A DNA stretch of 58,737 nt, counting the filler, from Nemertoderma westbladi (Eukaryota > Animalia > Xenacoelomorpha), in assembly GCA_032718475.1 (NCBI GenBank). It is 3 parts of 3 records of this genome, joined end to end, with 100 filler letters (N's around TTAATTAATTAA, not from the genome) between each part and the next. Parts side by side here need not be neighbours in the genome. Positions count along the whole stretch, not along the records: positions 25,208 to 42,089 come from JAUCBJ010004631.1; 2 more parts are not named here. One strand, given 5' to 3'. This document shows, in pieces, positions 25,208 to 37,690 of the stretch. The translations under genes were made by a program, and so were the position numbers. Position 1 is the stretch's first letter. The number at the start of each line of letters is the position of its first letter. Below the pieces are notes generated by a model. It did no database searches. It had not been told where the DNA came from and saw only the letters and a program-made list of their open reading frames with translations.

Positions 25208-25415
25208 ATGAATTAGCCGTAAGGCGTCGATGGAGTTGCGCGATCCTTTTTTCCGCCAAAGGTCTGTTATTGATGAACTTCGGTTCTTTCTTGCGGAAAG
25301 GTAAACCGACTTCATACCTACCTTGATCTTTGAGGAAACATGTAGTTGTCTCTTGGATCTGCTTGGCCCTTTCCTCTTCCACCGACAAGGCCTTCGCTTG
25401 CGTCCTTCTGGGCTC
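25208..25415 (-). CDS. pol: BEL pol, pre-RT segment (partial, cut by contig end)
   Basis: EPRRTQAKALSVEEERAKQI...GRYEVGLPFRK...NNRPLAEKRIAQLHRRL, in the same frame as gag-PR, with no in-frame ATG upstream. Confidence 0.85.
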
Positions 25416-26413
25416 CTCTATGAGGCGCACCCATGAGGCGGACGCTGTCCCACCACCCTTGGGGCCAGTCTGACTCCGTTTTTATCAGACCGGGCCGGAG
25501 GGTAGCCCGATGCTTCCCGGGTTCAATTTTCAATCCCCCGATCACACCGGCACAGCTCGTCGTGTGTGGCCGAACCAACTACAAAGATCGCCCACTGTCA
25601 ACTTACTGTGGCCTGACTGTACATTGAGCCAACTCAGAGAGTCAACCGGCGGGTGGACCAGTCGATAGCGATCGAGCATCAAGGTCGCCCTTGAGCCAAA
25701 CCGACGGTCTTGTCCCAAGCGGGCTTGCGCTACCCACATGGAATATTGACCGTTTTCACCCGCCTCGCCGGCAGTATTGAGGGGAAGTCGGTTCCGCAAA
25801 CAATACTGACTAGCTCGAAAGCTAGGAACAAGTAACCACTTACCAGTCACTGTACACGTGTACTCAACAGATGTTCGATAATCAAGTACACAAAGGTAAA
25901 CACAAAATCGGACACATACCATGCACACACAGAGGACATAATCGGAAAAGACAAAATCAGTGACAAAATCAGAGGGGACAAAATTGTATCGACTAATAAA
26001 AGTCGAGAGTACTTTATTTTACCGTCAGGGCAAAATAACTTTGTGTGCACAAAGTATGCTGGGGCGCAGTAAAGATATGGTCCTACTAATACCAGCGGCG
26101 TCTGGACCAACCGGCAAGGGTTCCCATACTCACTCGCAGTGGCCACACATACAGAACACAGTCCACACCACATAACACCACAAATCACGCCATGCCACCA
26201 CCCCTACTGTGTACAGGACTGGCAGTACGGCAACAGGCCGACTAGACGGTACCACGGCACCATGTTGATTCATGGTTCGCAAGACACGAGGGCCTTCAGT
26301 AACTCCCTTGCACTATAATTCCGATTTAACGTGCCCCCAGACCCTCACGAGTCCGCCGCCGCCTGTTTACGACACCCTTATAGAGACCTCACCTCTTTAG
26401 GCATCGTAGGAAT
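25416..26413. other. 998-bp non-coding insert between gag-PR and pol, flanked by 7-bp direct repeat
   Basis: TGGGCTC occurs at 25409-25415 and 26414-26420. Removing the insert plus one repeat gives continuous ...RFFTQEAVEP|RRTQAKALSVEEE. Confidence 0.65.
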
Positions 26414-29147
26414 TGGGCTCTACCGCCTCTTGCGTAAAGAATCGTACAGCATGTTCATCCCGAATCTTGGCATTATGACGCTCAATGACATCATTTAACT
26501 CATCGTTATAAGCTTCTCGTTCAGATGGATAGAGAAGTTGACATAAGTTAACTTGATTTTGCCAAGCCTCGTTTTCCTTAAGGAGATCGATGGTATTCTC
26601 CTCATCAAAAAGCTGGTGAACATCGTCGTTATCTGAGGAGTATGGAGTTCCCTCAGTTGAATCATCTCCCTCACTAGCATCATCTTCCCATTCACTCACC
26701 TTGTAGACTCTCTCTTGCGGTAGTCTTTCTCTGAGTGTTCTACGGGAAGGGCCAGTAAAGTACCAACCTACTCTAGTTCTTACCGCATAGGTCTGTAGGG
26801 GCTGCGGTTGAGCAGGCCGTTTCTCTAACGTCTCCAGCGCCTCATGCGCGTTTTGGCCGATGAGTATTTGCACTCCAGGATAATCAGTCTGAAATCGAGG
26901 TATGTTAAGATGTTGGATGCTCTCATCCTCGTCCCAATTATAAAGGTCTGCTTGAGTAGTAGCGAAGTTCTTTATAGCCACCATTTTCACTAACCTTATG
27001 CTGTGTTCTCCTAGTTCGTCCTGGGGGGTGGACAACGCTCCGACATAATAATCAGCTGTTATTGTAGATTTCCAAACTTGCATAATGCCTGACATGTTGA
27101 GCTTAGTTTGGAACTTGGGTTGTCCAGCAAATATATCTTCGGCTAACTCTTTATCGATAAATGTTCCTGTGCTGCCGGAGTCCAGGAGGGCGTTCACTAC
27201 ATAACTCCTCTGAGGTCCGTGAACCCTTACCTGTACCACAGGAAACTCTCGGATCCCTACATTGGAGGATGTCTCTTTCCAAGGTGGTTGTCGTTCAGAA
27301 GTAGTTAGAGTAAAGTCGTTCTCTGTATCTTTCTCATATGTTAGTGCTCGATACACTGCGGTATTTATCATGTAACAGGATTCGTTTTCGTCAGAGAACT
27401 CGTCTGTATAGAATCCTTCCATCTCAGATTGATCAGTGTCGTTCACATCACTGAATTGGACATGTAACTCGGAATCACTTACCTGATTCGGACTATTTCG
27501 ATCGAATTCAGCGTGCAACAAGATATGATGTTTCGCACCACACTTTGCACACCTTATGTCAGAGAAACAGGTTCGCCGTTGGTGTCCTTGTCTGAGGCAA
27601 TTATAACATAACCGCTTATCCCACATGACTTCGCGTCTCTCCGTTAATGATTTCTTTAGAAATTCATCACACCTATTCAAATAGTGGGTCCCGTCACACA
27701 GCGCACATTTTGGTTTGATGTTACTTACCTTATTCTGAGTCACATTGTGTACACTTGCCTTTTCTTCGGGCTTTCTCACCTGAATTCTCTTGGGAGACGT
27801 GGGAGGAGTTTTTCTTACTTGTTCTCTCCTGTCATTTGTTCGAGACTTGAATTTACTTACCTGATCTTTAGGCATTTTATTCACGTAATAAGATCTATCC
27901 GTGTCCTTCCCGCTATCTTCTCCTTGTGAAGTCTGGCTTTCGCCGTCATCTGTATAACATACTGGGGTTATTTTTCTCCTAGAGACGGGTTTTTCACTTA
28001 CCTTGTTTTCTTGTTCTCTAACGATGCGGAGTTGTTCATCGAATTTAGCTTGGTTCGCCGCTAACCTATCCACATCAATCGCATCTAACACAAGTTTGGC
28101 TCCTTCGCTATTAGGGCTAAGTCCCTCTAGCCTTCTCCTCAACTCTTCATCTCCCACAAAACGCTGATAGTCTGACAGATAGATATCAATGGCATCCTTC
28201 TTATGTGGTTTCTCTGCCGTCGCTTCACTTTCCACTTGGGAAAAAGTAGCGTCTGTTGATTCTCCATGGGTTGAGCGCTCCTCCAACTGAGCTTTCCACT
28301 GAGCTGCTCCTTGAACCTGGCGACTCACCCGTTGAAACCAAGTCTTCACGGCAACTTGCAACGACGTGTCTTGTCTTCTTTTAGAAGCCTCCTCAAAGGC
28401 GGATAAGATTAGCCTAATCCGCAGAACTCTTTCTCTAACTTGATAAAGCAGCGATCCCTGCTCTTGAGGTCCTTGAGGTTGTTGAAACAGTTGTCTCTCT
28501 ACTCGCTCCATAGAGCTGAAGAATCCCTGTGCGTATCCGGCTGCGGACCTCTTCCATACAGCTGGATCGATGGTTTCCTTGGCTACTCCCATCCGGTGTA
28601 TGTCTTCCCAGGCAGCTTCTGATAAATCAAACGGGAGTCCGGGTCCGGGGAAGTTCCATTGCGACTCGACAATAGACTTCAGTTCTTCACTAGTGTATCC
28701 CGCGTAGTTATCTCTAGTTGACCGTTGACTTCTCGCCCAATCAATCTGGTGTTCTTCCACCGCGATCAATAACCCAGCGAGCACGGCTGCAGGAAGGATG
28801 AGAAGGGGATCCGAATAAACCGCATCCGTCATCTCTGCTCCGCTCTCGGGTGTCAGCTCTACAGTATCCTCACTACTGGAGCTGCTGGGCCGCTAAGGAA
28901 TAAGTTCTTGACTAGCGGGTTGTTGCTGTTCCGCTGCCTTTTGGTCCCGCTTGACCTGAGCTCGAGTGCCTATGATAGACCTACGATGTTGGACCAGCCT
29001 AGGTTCTGTTATTACTACTGGAGGGATGACCTTCCTCACAGTGGGAGGTGAACTGGATTTACGACCAGACGTTTGTACGTCTCTATCTGAGTCGCAGATA
29101 GTTACATCTAATAAACTGTCTGACAGGTTCTGCTTAGTATCAGACAT
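26397..29147 (-). CDS. gag-pro: BEL/Pao Gag-protease polyprotein with one in-frame TAG at 28893-28895
   Basis: ORFs 28893-29147 and 26397-28832 are in the same frame. Motifs: CALCDGTHYLNRC, CYNCLRQGHQRRTC, CAKCGAKHHILLH, ALLDSGSTGTFI, ILIGQN and AVRTRVGW. Confidence 0.9.
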
Positions 29148-30474
29148 GACTATGTATACTGTTGAATGTCTACTGCTGTATTACAGTCTGAGTAAGTCTA
29201 ATAACTCAGTATTAACTGCTAGCCTAGTAATTAATTACCGGTACTGCTACTCAGTGTAGCGTGATATATAATATATAAGAATACCGGTAGGCTTATAGTA
29301 TATATAACTATTATTACAGACTAGGTTTATCACAGAATACCGGTATAATTTTAGCACAAATATATATAAATATATAATAGGCCTATCGGAATACCGGTAT
29401 ACAGCTTACTGTTTGTAGGATATATAATTCTGAAATAGAATTAATTACAAGTACCGGTATAATTTCAGCCTAGATTTATAGAAATAAAAATAATAGGCCT
29501 ATCGTAAATACCGGTATATCAATTATTTCAAATAATTGAATTTCTGTTACTTTAGGGTTACTTTGTTACTTTACTTACTTTATTACCATTATTTGAGCAT
29601 TAATCCAACTGATATTGAGACCTGATGGTTGTATGGTAGGCCTACGATTTATAAATCGTTAGATTTGATTTATAATATATATATACCCGTTTTAATGGGT
29701 TTTGTCAATGTTTGAAATAAATGTTATTATTTCTGGGGAGTAATCACTACACAAAGCGGTGCGCTTTCAGTGAAGTGTTACGTACAGGACACTAAAACAA
29801 ATAATACTAATTTACCTAAGTTACTTAATACTACAAATTACGTACAATTCGGGTGAGATTACAATCTCTAAATAAACACAAAAATTTTACAAAAACACAA
29901 ATACGAATTTTTAGGGTAATTTTACAAGAAGTCTACAAACCAGCCTAACAAAGGGTTAGAAAACTGATTATTACAGCGGACAGGGTACTACGGTATTTGA
30001 AATAATAAGTAGTAGTAAATACACTGCGTTGTCTAGATAGGAAAATACCACCGCCTGACGACCTATAGCCATATCGCTATAGGTTCTACGTTATGTATCA
30101 CGGAGTGTTCCTACCTAGAAGTTAATAGAGCTAATCGAATGTGCCTATCAACCACTTTACAACACAAATATAATGCCTACAATAATTACTTCGGAAAGTA
30201 CTATACACTAAACCCTAAATTAGGTACGAGTACTTGTATAACAAATAATCAGTAGTTAAATATACTTGAACAGCTAAAAGAACCACGGCATCTGCTGGAG
30301 TGACCGATGCACAAAATCACCAGTCTTTACTTACGCCGAGCAGCCCGTGTAGTACCGAGGTTAATTTAACTATAGCGGTATGTATAACAAACACAATTAC
30401 TGTAGGAACAAACTTGGGGAATTGAATGTTGCGAATAATTGCATAAACTCTGAATAATAAATATTACGCTACGC

Positions 30475-31030
30475 GTACAAACTACTCAAACAAAATACAG
30501 ACCGAACACTGACAGACTACTATCAAGTCTAAACAAACTACGGTATATGCAGACTCCGAAATGATTAGGGAGTATGCGCTCTAACCCAGTAGTGCGACTT
30601 ATTCTTTAGTTGGGGGTTTACCTTACCGCATTGGCTGCCCCTACTGCCTAATCGTACTTAATCGGACAGATGATCTACACACGCGGCAATCCTTTCAGAC
30701 CTAATAACAGCCAGACAACTATCCAGCCTACAAATTATTTAAATAAAATTATACGCTACCCGTACAGACTTACACAAACAAAGTACAGACTAAACGATGG
30801 CAGACTACTCTCAAGCCTAAATAAACTACAGGACATGCAGACTCCGAAATGATTAGGGAGTATGCGCTCTAACCCAGTAGTGCGACTTATTCTTTAGCTG
30901 GGGGATTACCTTACCGCATTGGCTGCCCCTACTTCCTAACCGTACTTAATCGGACAAGTGCTCTACACACACTGCAATTCGTTCGGACTTAACAGCAATC
31001 AGACAACAGCTCAGCCTACAAATTGTCTGT
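30475..31030. repeat. 288-bp direct repeat (2 copies) in the leader of BEL copy B
   Basis: CAGACTCCGAAATGATTAGGGAG...ATCGGACA recurs with a 288-bp period. Confidence 0.88.
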
Positions 31031-32541
31031 ACAATCTGATCAGGTTTACACGCCTTCTGTTCAATACTGGCCTACAAACAAATAAAACTTGACAGAAATA
31101 AGTAAAATCTCAATAAAAAATCAGGGCGGCCGTCCCTGATTAATTATTAAGGCCTACTGGTATATAACAATCAAAATCGAATAATACTGCTGTAGGTACC
31201 GGTCCGGATGATCAGGCAGTCAGGCCTACTGGTTACCGGTCGACCGGTACTTTCGACTTTATTGCTTACTGCAATAAAGAAGCTATATCCTTTAATGTTC
31301 GCGCTTTCAGACCTTTGGCAGTTTAACCCACCAAATTAAGATGTCTTCTAGATATTAAATCTGTTTTTAGTCTATGACAAGTATTTGATTCACTACACTA
31401 GTCGAAACCAATCCGTGCGCGACCATTCACCCGCTGGATATTCCCGGGAGATTGGGTTCGACGGTTTAATTTTATTGCTATGTAAGCCTAATGTATTATT
31501 CGACTGACAGTATTATATAATCTCTGACAATATTATTTACCTTCGGGAATATTAACAGTTCCTTTAGGACGTGGCGCTTTACCTATATAAACAGAGTTAT
31601 GACTTAAACTACTCACAACGATATGGCTTAATTATAATTCACATATATGGCGCATTCTTTAGGAATTGCTTCTTTAACAGACTCACTCATACACAATGCT
31701 GCACAATACTGCACACTAATCTGCCAATCTTCACTGATTTTAGTCACATATAAAAGGAACACAGGCTGACTCATGTAGGGTCTATCAAATAACATTAGAT
31801 TCACTTCAAACCACTTTAACATAAGTCACAATCGTTTATCTGTAACCCTTCTCTCTTACCTTCGGTATATCAAGAACATTGGGTTTCAGGGTTGTTTATC
31901 GTTATTCCAAATATAATAATTCATCAACCATATTATGAAGAACTGACGGTAAATAGCAGTATAAAATAACTACTGAACACTGATTGTTATGAGTTTGCAA
32001 TGTTTCAGCAGTCAGCATGTATGATCATCAGTCAGCAGTAGTCGTTAGGTATGTTAAATTGCAGTTAAAGGATATATGCCCTTTATAATTAAACCTACTA
32101 GTGTACGACTAAAACAGTAAAGCACAAAATACTTCCAAGCCGTTCTTTCTTTGGCTCAAGACTGAATGTAAACACTGCACATAGGCATTGCGTCATTTCT
32201 CGGAAATTTTCTGTACAAGGAGCCACAAAAACGCTCTCATTGGCTGACTGAACTGAGAGACGCCGTAGAACAAAGGAAATCAACACGTATGAATGTCAGC
32301 TGTTAACCGTAGTCATAGTAACTACTGTTCAAGAGTAGCTATCACCCTTTTGCGTCACGAATTGCCATAGAATCATAAAATATGCCTTTCACAGTACACA
32401 TACGGAGGAAATAGGTCTTAGATCCTCTAAAAACACCGATACAGCAATAATACGGTCTCTTACACTTATTAAATCAACTACAGAGTATTTTAATGTAAAA
32501 GATAATAAAAATAACGGGGCAATTCAGCAAAGGCTTTTACA

Positions 32542-32694
32542 AAGGTCCTCACCTGACTTCCGGATCCATGATCCCAGGTAACAGAAGTCGTCCACATGCT
32601 CAAGCATACCATCCTTTGAGCTTATGCTCATCCGATCAGAGACTTGCTGAGAACTTTCAAAGTTAACTGTCAAAATGTTGGTCTTTCTGGAGTT
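32542..32694 (-). mobile_element. RTE-like family A internal fragment (~150 bp)
   Basis: Near-identical to 15954-16106 and 4132-4284. Confidence 0.9.
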
Positions 32695-34720
32695 TTCCGC
32701 TTTGAAGCACTTCAGTCAATGGATGAAGACCAATCCACAGATTCAATATACCAGAATATAATAACAGCCCACAAGGAATCAGCTAAGAGGCATATCCCCC
32801 AGAAACCTAAACGAAAACAGTATGTGCCATGGCAAAACTCTGAGGTTACTTGTAAGAGAGAAGATATTAAGATAGCCTACAAAGTTAAAACCGAACAACC
32901 AACAACCGAAAACATTAACAAGGTTGAGAAAGCTAAGGACGATCTTAAATTGGCCTACAACATCACCAAGGAAAAGTACATAAAGGATAAAACTGAAGCA
33001 ATTACAACTGCTCACATACAGCAACAATCAAGACTTACCTGGCAAAGTGTAAATGAGGTATCTGGTCGGAAAAGTTGTGCAAAGGGGCGCCTCAAAGCCG
33101 ATAGTCCTGAAGAACGTGTTGGGTAGTGGAAAATTCACTTCAGCAACTTGCTTGGGCAGCCACCAAACATCGAGGTCAGCCCTACAAGGAAAATATATGA
33201 CAAGACACTACCTATAGAAACAGGGGACTTCACACCTGCCGAACTCCAAAGAAGCATTAAAAGCATGTCCAATAATAATGCGAGTGGATTAGATGAAATC
33301 CCAGCGGAGGTATGGAAAACCGGAGTGCTAAATAGAACATTATTGAATGTTTGCTACCGGATGTTAAAAGGGGAAAAGCCACCACCAATTTGGACTAAAG
33401 GTCAACTAAAGCCTCTCCCCAAGAAAGGAGACCTCGGCATACCAAAAACTATCGTGGGATCTGTCTGCTTGTGGTAGCTGCCAAAATATACAATAAAATG
33501 ATTCTATATAGGATTAGGCCTCACATAGAGAAACTACTGCGTAAGAGCCAAAACGGATTTCGACCAAGTAGATCAACAATAGCTCAGATACTTGCACAAT
33601 GGAGACTGATTGAAGGAATTAAGTCTTAAGAATCTCCCCGCAGTCATGACTTTTGTGGACTTCAAGAAGGCATTTGACTCCATCCATAGAGGTAAAATGC
33701 TTGAAATCCTAAGAGCTTATGGAATACCAGAAGTAATTGTTGCTGGCATTGGATTGTTATATTGTGACACAGAAGCGCAGGTACTCTCACCAGATGGTGA
33801 AACTGAGTTTTTCTCAATCCTGGCTGGCGTACTGCAAGGTGACACATTAGCACCATTACTATTTGTAATTGTGCTGGATTACGCAATGAGGACGGCCACA
33901 AAGGGTGAAGATCTGGGATTCACACTTCAAGAACGCAGAAGTAGTAGATATCCGGCAACTACAGTCACAGACACCGACTTTGCGGATGACATCGCCCTGC
34001 TCTCTAATACGCTAGCAGATGCACAGCTTCTACTAAATAAAGTGGAGAGGGCTGCTAAGGAGGTTGGATGCTACCAAGACCGAATTCATGACCTTTAATG
34101 TTGATGGAAACTTGACAACCATTGATAATAATCAACTAAGGAAGGTCGATGACTTCCAGTACCTTGGATCATGGATAGAGAGTAGCAAAAAGGACATAGA
34201 AGTTAGGAAAGCAAAGGCTTGGGTAGCTCTATCACAAATGGATACCATCTGGAAATCAGATCTCTCCAGGCACCTGAAGACTAAGTTCTTTCGAGCCACA
34301 GTGGAAAGTGTATTTTTATATGGGGGTGAGACCTGGACACTGACTAAATCACTTGAACAACGAATTGATGGTTGCTACACAAGACTACTAAGGGCAGCCC
34401 TAAACATCAGCTGGAGACAACACATTACAAACGCCGAGCTTTATGGTACAATACCACCTGTATCGAACCACCCTCCGTGAACGCAGATTAAGATTCAGTG
34501 GGCACTGCTGGCGAAGTAAAGACGAGGTCATACCAGATCTACTTCTCTGCCAACCAACTCATGGAAAGCGTAGTCGTGGACGACCTGCCATAACATATAT
34601 AGATCAACTTGAAAGGGATACTGAACTTGGGAGAAACGAAATTGCGACAACTATGGAGAATCGGGAAGCCTGGAAGGATCTCATTTCCACTGTCCGAGTT
34701 CGCTCGACCTAGTAGTAGTA
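32695..34720 (+). mobile_element. 5'-truncated, frameshifted RTE-like LINE family B with (TAG)n tail
   Basis: ASGLDEIPAE, FVDFKKAFDSI, GVLQGDTLAPLLF, DFADD, FQYLGS, LRFSGHCWR and RSRGRP motifs are spread across five broken ORFs. The stop codon runs directly into TAGTAGTAGTA. Confidence 0.92.
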
Positions 34721-35498
34721 TTAATAATGTATTCAAAATAACGGTAATACCAGATTACACTTTGAGACCCCGACTGTAGGATATATTCCATGTAACAATT
34801 TATTACTAACTTATTCTGAAGTTTTCGATAATTGTGTTCCAAGTAATTTGGTTCCAACATCTCCGTTAAGCCACTAATATTTGAGTTCCAGTAGATTCCA
34901 AGATCTTGTTTCCCGATTTCCTGGTTTCCCAGACTACGACGAATATCTGATAAGGAACAAATCATGTCGGTTCATTACAGTCCAGAATCGGGGTTATCAT
35001 ATCGGATCGGCGATACTAAAAGATTTCAAGTTATCTGTTTTATAATTTAGGCGGTTGTTTGATTTGGTTCAAAGCCTGACAGTTTACTGGTTTACGATTC
35101 CGAGATCAGGAGTTATTCGTATTTCCATCTATAAAAGAGAAAACTTATAAAATAATTATTAAACTTGAACTTGAATGTATATTTACCATAATATAATAGA
35201 AATTATTGCACTAAATTTTTTATATTTAATATAGTGGATGGTAGGTCGGACACGAATAGCTATAAAATGCTAGTAGAAATTGTGTGTCCGGCCCTGACTG
35301 GCACTATAAGTTAAAAATAAATATGAGATATTATCCTTACCGACCATTCATGGTAAATAACATTATTATGGGATATATTCCAATAATATCCAAAACATTA
35401 TTTATCTCTGGTTGGTAACAAAATGAAACACTGAAAATTGTATTTAATTATTTTTATATTTAGACTAATTCATCTAAATAATGTACAGCTGTAGTCAG

Positions 35499-35787
35499 GC
35501 TATACCCCACCCAAGGTGGCCCCGCCCCACCCCACACAACCAGTCAACGTGCTATACCCCACCCAAGGTGGCCCCACCCCACACAACCAGTCAACGTGCT
35601 ATACCCCACCCAAGGTGGCCCCACCCCACACAACCAGTCAACGTGCTATACCCCACCCAAGGTGGCCCCACCCCACACAACCAGTCAACGTGCTATACCC
35701 CACCCAAGGTGGCCCCGCCCCACACAACCAGTCAACGTGCTATACCCCACCCAAGGTGGCCCCAATGCAGCATGCCGATCCTAGTCC
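35499..35787 (+). mobile_element. Composite element: 47-bp minisatellite (~5.5 units) plus RTE family A 3' tail, flanked by TAGTCAG
   Basis: Unit GCTATACCCCACCCAAGGTGGCCCCACCCCACACAACCAGTCAACGT is followed by CAATGCAGCATGCCGATCCTAGT (35763-35785), identical to the reverse complement of 15392-15414. TAGTCAG occurs at 35492-35498 and 35788-35794. Confidence 0.7.
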
Positions 35788-36416
35788 TAGTCAGCTAGTA
35801 TCCATGTCAGTCCGGCACTTTGTCAATATTGAAAGTTTCAGTAATGTCACAAATCCGTACCTGCCTGCCTGCTGACCTGTAGATATATAATTTTTTTTGC
35901 TCGAAAACAGGTCTCTCTGGGCACTGGGAAAAGACTCAGAATTTTTTTTTCAAAATAATTCTTATAGAATTCAAAAATTATAGAGATTAGGGTAGGGTAT
36001 GTGTATGACAGGGTAAAATGGGACAAGTTTGGTATGTTTGGTTCTATAAGCAAGAGGGATTTTCCTGGATGGAAATAATCAAAGCATATTCTGTACATTT
36101 GAACTCTGGGCTATCATATTGTATCTTTTTGGGTAGGCCTAAGTTTTTTCGGTATTACTGCAGTACTGTAATATTGTGTTTTTTTTGCGTTTTATTGTGT
36201 TTTTTGTGTTTTTTTGGGTAAATTTTTGTGTTTTTTTGTATTTCTTTGTGTTTTTTTGTGTATTTTTGGGTAATTTTGTGTTTTTTTGGGTAATTCGTAG
36301 GACCGTGCCAGACTGGAATTCATAGTGCGAAAATTACATTTTGTGCAGTACAATAGTCCTACTATTTCATAATATAAATGTGGTAACTATATCAGTATAT
36401 TGACTGGGTTACTGAG

Positions 36417-36595
36417 GTTACAGAGGCAGGCTTATCTAACCAAAACAATAAACGATATTGTTACTGATTGAGGGAGCGGAACATGTTACAGAGGCAGGCT
36501 TTTCTAACCAAAACAATAAACGATATTGTTACCAATTGAGGGAAAGGAACAGGTTACAGATGCAGGCTTTTCTAACCAAAACAATAAACGATATT
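36417..36595. repeat. 68-bp tandem repeat (~2.6 copies)
   Basis: GTTACAGA(G/T)GCAGGCTT(A/T)TCTAACCAAAACAATAAACGATATT starts at 36417, 36485 and 36553. Confidence 0.9.
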
Positions 36596-37690
36596 TAACC
36601 ATTAAATGATTAAAACAACAGGTCACGGTGTCTATATACCTTTCTCGTTGGAGGTGAGTAAAATAATTTGCATTAGACGTTTGAAAAACGTAAAATTCAG
36701 AAAAAAACGAATATGAATATCAATCAATCAATATGTTAATGTTTCGTGCTGCGCGAAGCGGAAAGAGATGACATTGAAATTTTTTGTTTTAATTTGCTCA
36801 CTATAGGTTGAAAAATGACTGTTACATTTTTTGGAGCGTTCCCACAAGATTTGGCGAGGGGGTTCGGATTTATGATAGAGCCCATTCAATATCTATTTTC
36901 AGCATTTATCATGCTGCACGAAGCACTCTGAATAAACCATTGAACCATTGACTGATTGAAATAAAACATTGACTGTTTGATACAATTTAAATTGGTACTG
37001 TATAGGTGAAGGTGATAGGCCTAGGGCCTTATCTTATATCAGTGTATATTGCTAGTAGGTAGGTATATTAATATATTATAGTATATTAATGTTATTATTA
37101 TAGAGATTATAGAGTATATTAATGTTTATTAGTCTATATTAGTGTATATTAGGGTATTTCAGTATTTAGAACAACCCCTTAAAACGTAAAATGTTTTTAA
37201 AAAATGTAATCCCAACGGTGAAAGTTTTTATTCCATCGGTAATGAGGGTTAATTTTTCGAGTTACATCCATAAAAACATTAAAAACACCCCTTAACCCTT
37301 CTGTCGTGTCTTGGGGACCTTCTGGGCCTCCTGCTATTTTAGAGTTGAATTTACAACTTAAAAGTTGAATTTTAAAAAAAGTTTTAAATTTCAACTCAGT
37401 TGAAATTTGAATTTCTCTCCGACTGATGAGTTTTCACTGGAGTGGGTTAAAATACACTTGGAAAAATACACCCCGGAGTAAGAATACACTAGGAGATTTT
37501 AACCGGGGAGTGATTTTGCATGGGGAGCGAAAATTCTCTGTTACACCGGTAGTGGCATCCCTCAGTCTGAAACTATTTATTGTCAGACAATCAGTCCATT
37601 GTCATTGGTTATTTGTTATTACTGTAAACTATAGTTAGTATTTTGTATGGGAATATAAACAAGATATTATTAATTACCGGACAGGGGCCT

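Larger units (their letters stand above)
25208..32435 (-). mobile_element. BEL/Pao LTR retrotransposon copy B (5' LTR, leader, gag-PR, start of pol)
   Basis: Triple Cys/His knuckles typical of BEL/Pao Gag, an LLDSGS protease motif and the pre-RT GRYEVGLPF...NNRPLAEKR motif. TGTTTT start at 32435 and a candidate TATA near 32086. Confidence 0.9.

Noticed and set aside
25985-26085. Group I intron R/S-like motifs (GACTA...AAGATATGGTCC) in the BEL insert
   Set aside because: They are antisense to the element and no P/Q elements were found, so they are probably chance. No group II domain V or well-matched GT-AG pair was found either.
32483-32517. TSD for RTE family B (AAAATAACGG also near 34736)
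   Set aside because: The match is not flush with either element end and lies in AT-rich sequence, so it could not be supported.
35481-35875. Pro-rich ORFs over the 47-bp repeat
   Set aside because: The unit length is not divisible by three and all frames are open by composition.
36175-36295. TTTTTGGG/TTTTGTG tract as a telomeric repeat
   Set aside because: It is irregular low-complexity sequence, internal, and not TTAGGG.
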